Made by a program: the position numbers and the translations under genes
Shown: positions 51,386 through 63,129 of the stretch, piece after piece
How the letters are laid out: every line of letters begins with the position of its first letter
Numbering within the stretch: position 1 is the stretch's first letter
Assembly (NCBI RefSeq): GCF_018350175.1
Contig: NC_058368.1
Coordinates: forward strand, 134,356,001 to 134,420,000
Origin: Felis catus
Taxonomy: Eukaryota
Direction: 5' to 3'
Length of the DNA stretch: 64,000 nucleotides
Notes under the pieces: model-generated
What the model was told of the DNA's origin: nothing
What the model saw: only the letters and a program-made list of their open reading frames with translations
The model's database searches: none

Positions 51386-51593
51386 TGTCTATTTGGGCTG
51401 TCATAGCAAAATACTGTACTGACCGGCTTAAACAGGAGGAATGTATTTTCTCATAGCTCTGGATGCTGGAAGTCCAAGGTTAAGAAGCTCTCAGGGTTGG
51501 TTTTTGGTGAGACCTCCTATCCTGGCTTGTAGATGTTTGTCTTTCTACTATGTCCTCACATGGATTTTCCTCAGAGCATGCAGGGAGAGAGAG

Positions 51594-51639
<46 letters not shown>

Positions 51640-51858
51640 CAGAGAAAGAGACACAGTTCTCTGGTGTCTCTTCTTAAAAGAACACTAATCCCATCAGATC
51701 AGGGTCCTACTCTACAACCTCACTTAACCCTAGTTACTTCCTTAGAGGTCTTATCTCCAAATACAGATGTACAGGCAGGGGTTGGGGGGGGTGGGGAGGG
51801 GGCAAGGAGGGTCCACCATATGAATTTGGGGGGATGGAGTACATTCATTTTTATAACA
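51386..51858 (-). mobile_element. MLT1-type MaLR solo LTR with (GA)n expansion
   Basis: tttgggctgtcatagcaaaatact...ctctggtgtctcttcttaaaagaacactaatcccatc...catatgaatttgggggg. Confidence 0.8.
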
Positions 51859-51894
51859 TTTGTCTTTCGGAAAGCAGAACACAAGGCAAAAATT

Positions 51895-52222
51895 CCAGTG
51901 CTAAGCCAAAGAAGCCAGTGTGAAAAGACTACATACTGTATGATTCTGATTATACCCGAGAAAGTAAAATGATCAGTGATACTGATCCTGGAACAGAAAA
52001 AGGACATTAGGTAAAAGCCAAGGAAATCTGACTAAAACTTGAACGAACATCAGTTAGCAATAATGTCGTATTGGTTCATCAAGTGTAACATATTTACCAT
52101 AGTGATGTGAGGTATTAATAATAAGGGAAATTGGCATGAGGCATATGGGAGCTGTCCGTACTATCTTTATGATTTCTCCATAAATCCACATTGTTCTAAC
52201 ACAAAATGTTTATTGTTTTTAA
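51895..52222 (+). mobile_element. L1MC/MD 3'UTR fragment
   Basis: gatcctggaacagaaaaaggacattaggtaaaa...gaggtattaataataagggaaattgg. Confidence 0.7.
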
Positions 52223-52756
52223 AGGAGTGTGACAAAGAACAATAGGAAGGAGAGCAATGCAGTGTGTTACTGCACTGGCCTCCTCTTTCAGCCAAGTCGG
52301 AGAGATAGCAAATTAAGCTGCCATGTTCACTGAGAACACAGGTTTTCTCCCTGGTGTGAGGGAGAATTTGTACCTTTGAGTAGTTAATGGGAGAGAAAAA
52401 TAGGGAGAATTTGTCAACTAATGAGGAATATATAACCTTTCCAAATCTATATGTACATAATAGCACAGCTTCCAGATATATAAAATTAAAATTTATAGAA
52501 TTACAAGAAAAAAACTTACAAATCTCCATTATATTTGGATTAAAATACATCTCTCTGAAGAACTGATCACACATTCAAACAAAACTCTATATCTCAACCA
52601 CATGATAAATGTTTTTCTAATAAAAACTTACAGATATCTATACCAGTAAGTAGAAAATAAACATTCTATGCTCACATAGAAGATTTATAAAATTTTCTTG
52701 TATAAAACGATTGTTCACAAATATTGTAAAATTTATATTATATAGCATGCTTTTTC

Positions 52757-53248
52757 AAACTCAACACCCAAAAAACAAATAATCCAGTGAAGAAATGGGC
52801 AGAGGACATGAATAGACACTTTTCCAAAGAAGACATCCAGATGGCTTACAGACACATGAAAAGATGCTCAACATCACTCATCATCAGGGAAATACAAATG
52901 AAACCACGATGAGATACCACCTCATACCTGTTAAAATGGCCAAAGTTAACAGGAAACAACAGATGTTGGCGAGGATGCAGAGAAAGAGGATCTCTTTTGC
53001 ACTGTTGGTGGGAATGCAAACTAGTGTAGCCTCTCTGGAAAGCAGTATGGAGGATCCTCAGAAAAATCAGAAATAGAACTAATCGAAGACCCAGCAATTG
53101 CACTACTAAGTATTTATCCAAGGGATACAAAAATGCTGATTTGAAGGGGGCACATGCACCCCAATGTTTATAGTAGTGCTATCAACAACAACCAAAGTAT
53201 GGAAAGAGCTCACATGTCCCTCAACTGATGAATGGGTAAAGAAGATGT

Positions 53249-53298
<50 letters not shown>

Positions 53299-53803
53299 TG
53301 TGTGTGTATGTGTGTATGTATATATATGTGTGTACACACACACATATATATACATACATACACACACGCACATTTATATATACATACACACAATGGATTA
53401 TTACTTGGTGATCAGAAGGAATGAAATGTTACCATTTGTAGTGACATGCATGGAACTAGAGTGTATAAAGCTAAGCGAAATAAGTCAGTCAGAGAAAGAC
53501 AAATATCATGTGATTTGACTTATATGTGGCATTTAAGAAACACAACAGATGAACATAGGGGAAGGGAAAGAAAAATAAAAGAAGATAAAAAGAGGGAGGA
53601 AAACCATAAAAGACTCTTAAATACAGAGAACAAACTGAGGGTTGCTAGAGGGGAGGTGCATGGGGAGATGGGCTAAATTAGGTAGGTGATGGGCATTAAG
53701 GAATGAGCCCTGGATGTTATATTTAAGTGATGAATCACTAAATTCTACTCCTGAAACCAGCATTACACTCTATGTTAACTAACTTGAATCTAAATTAAAA
53801 AAA
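52757..53803 (+). mobile_element. Carnivore/felid L1 3' end inside an older L1 ORF2 remnant (~52400-54140)
   Basis: aaacaaataatccagtgaagaaatgggcagaggacatgaatagacacttttccaaagaagacatccagatggc...tctactcctgaaaccagcattacactctatgttaactaac. Confidence 0.92.
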
Positions 53804-54144
53804 TATTTAGAACAGATCATGGAAATATTACACATCAAAACTTTGGGATCAAGTAACAGTGGAACTTAGAGGGAAATTCATAACCCTGAATGAACATGGT
53901 GGAAAATAAAGATATACTGAAAATTAATGAGCCAAGCCTACAACTCAACAGCTTTTTAGAAATGACTGAATAATTTCTATAACTATAAAAAAGACAATTC
54001 ATACTAGATAAATAGTGAATCCTAATTATACTGCCCAAGAAAAAAAGGTGAGATGGCACAGATTATAATGATGGAAATAAAAGAAGAGGCAGCAATTCAA
54101 ATATGAGAGAGACTAAAACGTTCATAAGCAGAAACTCTTAATTC

Positions 54145-55300
54145 TGGATATAACTGATCAACGAGAATCACACTCACCTTCCTACCGTAAATACCTACAA
54201 AATAAAGTATATAAAGAAGCCCTTTTCTTGGACAACAGGAAACACAGGGCTCTGATCCCCAAGTGAAGGGATGAACGTGAGTTGAGCTTCACCTTTACCC
54301 GGTTCTCTGCCTGAGGACACTTTCTAAACTGAGGCACAAGGGAGTAGGGACCCCTCAGAGAGCACTAGTAGGCCTGCAAGGAGAAAGCAGATGTTGGAAT
54401 TTGGGTGTATAGAGGCATCTGGGATTTGTGCAAGCAGGGTCCCAGGAGGAGAGACTTGTGTAGAGAAAGAACCCCAGAAATCTTAGAAATGTCATCTGGG
54501 CTATTTAGCCAAACATTAAGCTGTGTATGCACAAAGAAAGACTCTGGGATGCCTGACAGGGAACAGATTCTGGGGTGCTGACAGCAAAACTGGAACCCCA
54601 AGAGTGACACAGTACTGGGGAACACTGGAGTTTTGGCAAGCCAGAGTGGAAAGACCTCATGAACAACTCAGCCACTCAAATGAAACCCCAGAAATATCAT
54701 GCCTTACGAATGGAGCTGCTCTGCCTCCATAGTGAGGCTTATTCTAGACTCATCCTAAAATGTCTAAAATCAAGCTTCTCTAGGATAGAGCTGATCTGCC
54801 ATAATATTCCACCCTCCTAAATGAAGACAGTATAAACCAAACTCTCAACAATGTAGTATCCATAAGGTTGTACATACAATAAAAATTACTAGACATATAA
54901 AGAAACAGGAAAGCATGACCCAAAGTAGGAGAGAAAACAGTCAATAAAAACAGAGACGAGACAGGTATTGTAATTAGCACACAAAGATGTTAAAACAGTG
55001 AAAAAAGAAATATGTTCAAGGGCTTAAAGGAAAAGCTGTGCTGACAGCTCAGAGCCTGGAGCCTGCTTCGGATTCTGTGTCTCCCTCTCTCTCTGCCCCT
55101 CCCCTTCTTGTTCTCTGTTTCTTTATCTCTCTCAAAATAATAAAACATTAAAAAATATTAAGGAAAAAAAAAAGGAAAAGCTGGCCAAAATGAATGAGAA
55201 GATGGGTAGGTGAGCTCAGAAGAAAAACAGAAACTACCAAAACAGAGCCACCCACTAATTCTAATTCTGAAACTAAGATAATACAATATTAAAAATTTCT
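54145..55300 (+). mobile_element. Ancient L1M 5' region
   Basis: taaaaattactagacatataaagaaacaggaaagcatgacccaaag; similar in type to 20-480. Confidence 0.6.
55036..55170 (+). mobile_element. 5'-truncated SINEC_Fc (3' half only)
   Basis: Starts at ctgtgctgacagctcagagcctgg; TSD aaaggaaaagctg at 55026 and 55171. Confidence 0.9.
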
Positions 55301-55301
55301 A

Positions 55302-55400
55302 GGGGCACCTGGGTGGCTCACTTGTATAAGTGTCTGATTTCGGCTCAGGTCATGGTCTCACAGTTTGAGAGTTCGAACCCCGCGTCAGGCTCTGTGCTGA
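55302..55400 (+). mobile_element. 3'-truncated SINEC_Fc (5' half only)
   Basis: ggggcacctgggtggctca...gcgtcaggctctgtgctga, then non-SINE sequence. Confidence 0.9.
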
Positions 55401-55404
55401 TGAA

Positions 55405-55610
55405 GGCAGGACATGGAGTGGCTTTTTCTTAGAACACAAATGGAAGATGGAGGTTGAGGATGGCACAGCAGAAGATTAGGAGTAGGGTCCCTGTCACTAT
55501 CACCAGTATATAGACTATTACGCGAAGGAGAAATTCACTTTCTCCTTTGTAAGCCATTGTTATTTTTGGATCTTTGTTACAGAAGCTAAGCCTGTGAGCT
55601 AACTCACAGA
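55405..55610 (+). mobile_element. MLT1J/K-like LTR 3' fragment
   Basis: gaggatggcacagcagaagattaggag...tttgtaagccattgttatttttggatctttgttacagaagctaa. Confidence 0.6.
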
Positions 55611-58600
55611 CCATCCAAGTGCCCACACTTCTCTGTTACGATGCCACATCAGCTGGTGAAAGAAATACATGAGGAACAAGACACCATTATGAAATATCCT
55701 TTAGAGTTAGTACCCATTCAACTTTTTCGTACTTACTGTCATTTCACACAGATGCTCTCACCATCATCTTGTCCCTGTGGCCTGTCCCTGTTGGGTGCTT
55801 ATTTTCATTGCTAGTATAATTACTTCCATTTTAATGATAAGGACATTGGGAACCTGCTTTTAAGTGTTTTTCTTTTTTCCAGTCTATAATGGTATTTTTC
55901 CCTTTTATTCCCCCTTCAGATATATCTTTTAGTATTAATCAGAAGAATCATTGCAGTGATTTCTCCCCCCCCCCCGTGGCGGGGGGGGGGGGGGATAAAA
56001 ACAAAACAAGGAATCCTTTCTGCAGTGTGCTATCTGTAATTTTCGGTGTGCTCCTGAGTCTGAATAAGGATTTATTTAACTACAGTTTGTAAAGGCTGCA
56101 GTCCATCATTGGCTCCTAGTTCTCATTCTTTTACTTCATCCAGATTGACCAAAAGATAATGATGGGGTTTTTTTGTTTTTTTTTGTTTTTGTTTTTTTGT
56201 TTTTTGCTAATGGTCCTGGATTATTTCTGCCAATTGGCTGATGGCTTGAGTATGTAAAAAAAAAAAGAAAAAAAAACCTCTACAATTAAAATCTGGCTAA
56301 AGTCTCCAAAAGACATAAGAATCAAAAGGTCAGCCCAAATGTGAAGAACATATTGTCATGAATGATGCCTTCTTTCAAGTCTCATGCTTTCCCCTCCAGT
56401 GTTTAGTCACCTAGAAATTGTCTAAATCTCAGGAGAATTAAAATACTTGTAAAATTCATCTTGACTGAGGTAACATGTTCACCAAATGTATGAAGTTTTT
56501 CAGCCTAGAACATTCTTACCAAATGGTCTTTCCCTGTAAACTATTTTTAAGCCAAGAGCTATATTATTCTTGTACAAAAATTTAAAGGAAACTCTCAGAA
56601 AATTGGGAAAATACTCGTGCTTCAAAGCTACTGCCCTTAAAAATGTCCCCGAGTCCTTTTTAATCTTTGCCGAAGTACATCCCAACATCCTCAATTAGGA
56701 TACCGCTCAACGATTCAAATTGCTTTATGATTACAGAGAAACCACTTACAACGTACATGTGTTTGCTTTTCCAGGGACGAACACAAGCGTTGGATAATAT
56801 AAAGTGCTGAGGTGAGGGGTTTGTGGTTAAAGGAAGCTGTGCTTGGGCTTCGTGTTTTACAAACTCTCATCACTGCATTCCCAGCCAGCACTGCTGGATC
56901 TTGGAGTAAAGAATCAAGGCCTTGTTCTCTCATGAGTCCAGGCTTCACTGTTGAAGGAGGCTCCCCTTTATTTTTCTATCATTATCTTTTGCTTCTTTTC
57001 ATCAAAAGATGCTACCATTTACTGGAGTTTAGTATGAAATCCCAACAATACCACTGTTGCATTTTTCAATATTAAGAACAGGTTTTGTACAAAAAATCAC
57101 CTCCTCAGGTTGGAGTTGTACTGCCAGTGCCTTTAGAACATTTATGTTTTCGTTGCTGAAATGGAGACAAATGTTGTGGCAAAAATATCCTCTTTCCTTC
57201 ACTTGCAAAAAAATTACAAAGGCAGCTTTGAATTGAGACAAAGCTTTGAAAAGCAAAAGAACATTCAAGAGCTCAGGCATTCTAGAATTTTAATTCTCTT
57301 TTAGTCAAAAGTAACATTTCAGAAGAAATGAAAACACACCCCCTTAGGAGTTTAATTAATCATTTTCATGGACTTTAATTATCATTTATATCCTGACAGA
57401 GGATGGGAGAACACATCCTACAGTCCTACACCTTTTATTGTCCACGGAAAAAGGAAAGCACAACACGACCAAGAGGGCCCTGCTGTGAATTAGGAAGGAC
57501 ACATTTGCCACAGAGTTGTCCATGGAAAGAACATTTGAGTCTCTGAAATAACCCTGTCTTTAAAATCAATCAAGTCACCAGTGGGAATTTACTACGTGCC
57601 TTGAGCCACGCTCATCTCTGTAGAGGAAAACACATAATCTTTTGTTCATGAAGGAAGTGAGGAGGAAATATGACACACATTAAAAATAAGAGAATAATGA
57701 CAAGTCAAGGAGTCAAAGAATTGTATACCCAGAAAGCATTGTTTTCACCCAACTTACTTCTCTCGAATTAGACTCTGGAGTGATACCATCGGTCAGCTTT
57801 GAGGGATTTCTAAGAAACAAACTTGAATGACATGCACTACAGTATTTGTTGGAGATTTGTTGAAAACATCCTTTGCCTTAAACAAATAAACTAAAAATCA
57901 TAGAAATAACAAGGACATGTGAGATGCAGATGAAATCGCCACAGGGGTTAGTTAGGGCACAGCCGGGATACTCAGGGAAGTCTTCTTGGAGGAGGGGAGA
58001 CTTGAGCTCTACCTCGAAAAATTAGAGAAGTTATGAATATCACACTTGTACCTGAGAAGTCAGGACTGGAGATGTGGTCGTTCGTGCATTAATTCCACAA
58101 GGATGTATTATTAACACATGCCTCCCCTACACCAAGCACTGAAACTATCACAATCAGACAACAGGCAAAGTTTCTGTCCTCAGGGAGCTTACATGCTAGT
58201 GAAGAAACAGCAAGATAAGACCATGAAATACTTAATTGGCCAAAGGTATTGTCTATTTCTGTTTTTTCCTGCATTTCATGATCATAATGTCAGGTAGAGC
58301 CAGATACAAACATATTGTCTACAGAAAAGCTGTAATTAGGAGGGTAGGAAGAGAAGAAACAGTAAATGTTTATTGTTGTTTTCTTTTTTATACCTTCTAA
58401 GCCAGTAAAATCAGAAGAAAGGTCTTGAGGGGAGTGGAAATAGAAGCTTAAGATATGTACACCATGGGGGGGGGGAAGATAGGGCGGGGGGGGGGGGAGA
58501 AAGAGAGAAAAAGGAAAAATAGGCTATAGATGAGGTATATCTGTGCTGAGAAGAGAAACAGAGGTCATGATGTTGTACCTTGGTAGAGGTCAGTCAGGGA

Positions 58601-59167
58601 ATTGGTGAGCAGGTAGGGGAGTCAAGTAGAAAACTGTTAACAAAAGGAGAAATGCCAGTAACTACCAGTGGTCAGAAGCAGGACCACATGGGTGCTGAGC
58701 CAGTTGCCTGTATACCCTGGCCTTTGGACTGGGAATGCCTGTTGGTTCTCCAAAGGAGGTGGCTCTTCTCATCATGGTGACCAAAGGGCCTTCCCCTGGT
58801 GGCTTGTAGTGTGCATAATACCATGATCATGCAACTGAAGGATGTCTGCCTCTCACTTGAGAATTGTTTGAGCCTCTGTGAACTGCTCAGTATGCTTTTA
58901 ATTTCCTGCCACACTCAAAAGAAGGTGCGAGTTCTGGAACCCTGGAGGAGAGGTGGTGATAGAGAAGGGAAGATCTCATCGCTGCTCGTTGGGGTAGCCG
59001 AATGGTGGAAGATCCCATACACCTGCACTCACGTATATGCACACACATGTGCTCAAGTACATACAGCTGCAGAAAGGGCTGTTCGAGTCAAATAAAATTC
59101 AACTATGAGAATTTTTTAAATTGAATCCATAAAGTCTGGAAGTGTAGATGGGATAAAGAATGGTGAT

Positions 59168-59332
59168 CCTGATGTTTTCCAAACTTACCTAATCATGAAA
59201 ATCACCTGAGTCAGTCGTTAAACATGCCATTTGCAAGGCACCTGCCCTACAGTTCTGAGGCTTTGCCCCACACCGTTAAAATCTGGACTTTTAATCTAGG
59301 ATTCTTATGTTAGGTAGGTTTGGGAAACACTG
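59168..59332. mobile_element. MER5-like hAT MITE
   Basis: gttttccaaacttacctaatcatgaaaatcacctgag...ttaggtaggtttgggaaacactg (inverted ends). Confidence 0.7.
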
Positions 59333-59964
59333 CTTCCTCCAGTGTGGGCAAAATGTTGCAGGTTCTTCTGCTTCTAGCTTCCACCAGGAAACTTAGCAGT
59401 TTGGAGCTGCTTCCTGCTGAGCCTGCATACAGTCTCTGGTTTCTTCATAACAGTGTTCCAGACAGTCAGTCACTACCAGTCTCTCAAAGTTACCATATGA
59501 GAGACGACAGAACCAGTCTATCATCCTAGTGCAACTTATGGGTGATAGACCCTTGACGTGAAATCTCATAAGCCATGCTATGGTAAAAGACACCCTCTTG
59601 CTGGCAGTGACTCTAGTTGCCAAGATCTGGTGGCCCTCTGGAACTTTTAGGAAATGATTCTGTACCTTCCCTGGTGAAAATGTTGGTACAATCAAGTGTA
59701 AGGTATGATGTGATGGAGGCTACAGAGAGTTTCACCTTATACTTAACTACAAGGCCATAGAGAGCAGATCCATAGAGCTGGGGACTCCAGCTAAGTGCTG
59801 TGGGGAGCCACATTGTTTGGAAAATGGGCTTATTAGCTAGCTTGCCAGTCTCCTGGATAAAGTGGATAATTAGCTAGTACCCTGCTGGATTTAAGCTGCC
59901 ACAATGTCTTCTCTTTCCAATGTGAGTTTCCACACAAGCAGGTGCTGCTTTTCCAGCTAGTTAA

Positions 59965-60200
59965 TAAGATGGTTATGGCTCAGCTTTGAAGTCAGTCAGG
60001 CTTACATTCCTATCCTGTTCAGCTGCTTTGCGTCTCTGTAACGTGGGCACATTTCTAACCTCTCTCATCTTAGTTTCCTTTCTGCAAAGTGGGGATAAAG
60101 AAAGTACCTAATTCATGGGCTATTTGTTAGGACTGAACCAGATAATGAAACTAGAGCGTCTTGCCTGGTACCTGGCAGGTCATAGGGTCTCACCATGTGG
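59965..60200 (+). mobile_element. MIR
   Basis: ctaacctctctcatcttagtttcctttctgcaaagtggggataaagaaagtacctaattcatggg. Confidence 0.75.
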
Positions 60201-60255
60201 AAATTTCTGTCCTTATTTCTAGTCAGAAAATTGTCCCTGCTGTGAAAACCTACCC

Positions 60256-60257
<2 letters not shown>

Positions 60258-60297
<40 letters not shown>
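60258..60297. repeat. (TG)n microsatellite
   Basis: Read directly from the sequence. Confidence 0.95.
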
Positions 60298-60298
<1 letters not shown>

Positions 60299-60864
60299 CT
60301 TTCTTATTCTGCCTGTTTGTCTTAGGTTGCAATGCCATTATAAGCTTGCCCTGTAGAAGAATATTCTCTAGTTCATCCAACCTAAATACCTTCATATTAT
60401 TCTTTTCCCACCAATTCACTATTTAAAGGCTTTCAGAGGCTTTATCCTGACTTTGGGAATTACTTCAGGACACCTGGAAGTGTACAAGTTGTTTTTGCCT
60501 AGCAAAAATACAAAAACACTAACAACTACGGTGTGGATTTTCTTCATATAGCCAAGAATCCAAGTTGCTACATTTTGAGCTGTTTCCTTGCAAAAGCATT
60601 TGTTAAATCCAAGACTAAGCCAAGAGCGTCTAATAAATGCTCTCCTAACTTTTTTTCAAAGCACTTCACAGTGTATAATGTTCTATCCACTTGTGTGATT
60701 CTTGGCTAAAATGTCTTCTTTGTCAATACCATTTTAACCTTAGCTGGAATGGGCGATGGGTCCAATTAACATGGTGTTTCCTAAACTGAGGACAGTACCC
60801 AGCACAGAGCAGGAGCTGGGTCACTGCTGGCCACATCTCCTAGGATCCTTTTAAAATTTCTTGT

Positions 60865-61445
60865 GTCCCCCACCTTGACTTCTGTGTGCTTTTGTGTCTA
60901 ATGCCAGCTTCTTTGACTTTCTTCCAGGGACTTCCCTGGGACATCTGGAGTCTCGTTGTCAGGATATTCAGAGATCTAGAAGTGCCTGGGGGTTTTTATC
61001 TGCCTAACCCATCCTTAGCCAATGGCCCAGCCCCCTGATCCCAAAGGAGAAAAACTGAGGTGTAAGTCATACTCCCAAGTGCCTTTATTTTTTTTTTAAT
61101 TTTTTTTCAACGTTTTTATTTATTTTTGGGACAGAGAGAAACAGAGCATGAACGGGGGAGGGGCAGAGAGAGAGGGAGACACAGAATCGGAAACAGGCTC
61201 CAGGCTCTGAGCCATCAGCCCAGAGCCTGACGCGGGGCTCGAACTCACGGACCGCGAGATCGTGACCTGGCTGAAGTCGGACGCTTAACCGACTGCGCCC
61301 CCCAGGCGCCCCCCAAGTGCCTTTAGAAGCAACCATGAGACTTTGCCTGGAACCACACCCCTCCTGACTCCTTCTCCTTCCCTATTCTGCTTCCTACATT
61401 CCCTTGCAAGCTTCTCTTGCCTGTCTTTAATAAATCACCTGCACT
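60865..61445 (+). mobile_element. LTR16C-like ERVL solo LTR interrupted by a young SINE
   Basis: aaccacaccctcctgactccttctccttccctattctgcttcc...ttaataaatcacctgcac. Confidence 0.65.
61088..61311 (-). mobile_element. Young SINEC_Fc (CpG-rich)
   Basis: Near-consensus body; perfect 14-bp TSD cccaagtgccttta. Confidence 0.97.
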
Positions 61446-63129
61446 GTCCCTGAAAAGTAGGAAATCTTTGTTCATTAAATATGCCCCTCCAAGGCTTATA
61501 AAGATTAAGGGTAGGGGGGTAAGGTTTACGTTGTGTGTGTTCTGTCAGACACCAGATATGAGCCAGAGATTCATCAGTAGAAGAAGGATAGCGGAATAGC
61601 TCTTTCTGCGGTTAACAAATGACTGTGTACAACACAGGCAGAAGAAAATGGGAAGATGATAGGGGCTTTTTCAGGTAGAAAAGTGAATCTCTATCAAAAG
61701 CACCTTCAATTTGCTGATACAAAACACATTTGAGAGCACTGCGTTCTTGGTAAATGGGGATTAAAAAACCTTGGCCTTTAGCCAGGTAATGAAAAGAAAT
61801 GCATATTTTTCTTAGGTGTGCCTAAAGAATTTTTAAAAACCCTTTGAAAAGCTGAGCTCTACAAACATGAGAGGAAAGGCCAAAGAAATTTTAACTCTGT
61901 AATTGTGAAGGTTGCATGCAAGGAGCACAGGGATATTTGCAAGCTGTCAGAAAAGCCCGGGTGTGCTTGGGTGTGATTGTAAATCTGAATGTTTGCAGGG
62001 GATTATGTCCACGTTAAAGGACTTTAGTTTTGATAGCAAAAGGAAAACATGGAATTTCTTCATTGTGAAGCCATTTCACCTAAGACCTCAGAAGATTTCA
62101 GAGGGGAAAGGCATGAACTAAATCAGAATAGTGCTTACTCCCATTACCAAATGGATAGTTTATACACGGATACACTCATTTAAATGAAATTTCCAAATGT
62201 AACCCACTGCCTTAGGCATAGCTAAAATTATTCACATTAACCCTTGCATTAGAAAACAAATTCTCATGATTAAATAGCCTAAAGACTTTGGCACTGCTCC
62301 AAATTTTTGTCAACCTGTAAATTATATTATGGGAATGTAACTTTCTGGATGGCCACTTCTGCTCCAGAAACCATGTCCAGGTTGATTTCATTCGAGCCTA
62401 GCGGGAGAATCAAGAGATCTTAACTAGGAAGATGGCTTCCTGTGACCTTGAAGATTTCTACTCTTCCACAGATTTTGTCTCATGCAAATGTCCTGGGGAT
62501 TAGACAAACTAAACAGCAGATATGCTTTAGTTTACTTATAGAATTTTGTTTCTCTGTGCTATAAAATATAGAAATAATTTTAAAGCTTGGGGGAAAGGGA
62601 GGGTGGGGAAGAAAAAGAAAAGCAAATATCCACAAAGCTTTGGGCTCTAGATCCATATTGGAGCTACCAAAACACTAGAGAATTGTACTCTGGGCTTACC
62701 TCTTGAGTTCTGTGGTTCAGAGGTCAGGATTAGGCTGTTGATTCCTTATTCCTTCTGGAGCAAAAGTTCTTTTCCAGTCATATTTGATCACTTTTATTCC
62801 ATTGTGGGCACAGATTCTCTGGAATAGCCAATTGAACAGTAACAGAAACAGAACAGACTCCATTAGCCTTTATATAACATTTCTGCTTCATTCTCTTTAG
62901 TCTTTTTTTTTTAGGTGAGGGAATTAGAAACTATTTAGAATAAAAAGAAATGTTTTTGCTTTATTGGACGTATGAAGAAACTGAGGTCCAGAGAAATGAA
63001 GTTGTTTATTTGAGTGACAGCTCAAGACTTTTGATTCTCAGACCTAGCTCCTCCTCCCGACCAACACTGTCTCTCTCCAGGACTTTGATGTAGTGTTCCA
63101 CACTATCAATACATCACCATTTGATCTGA

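Noticed and set aside
7414..61311. tRNA-like A/B-box heads
   Set aside because: All continue into SINEC bodies or are SINEC fragments; they are SINE heads, not tRNA genes
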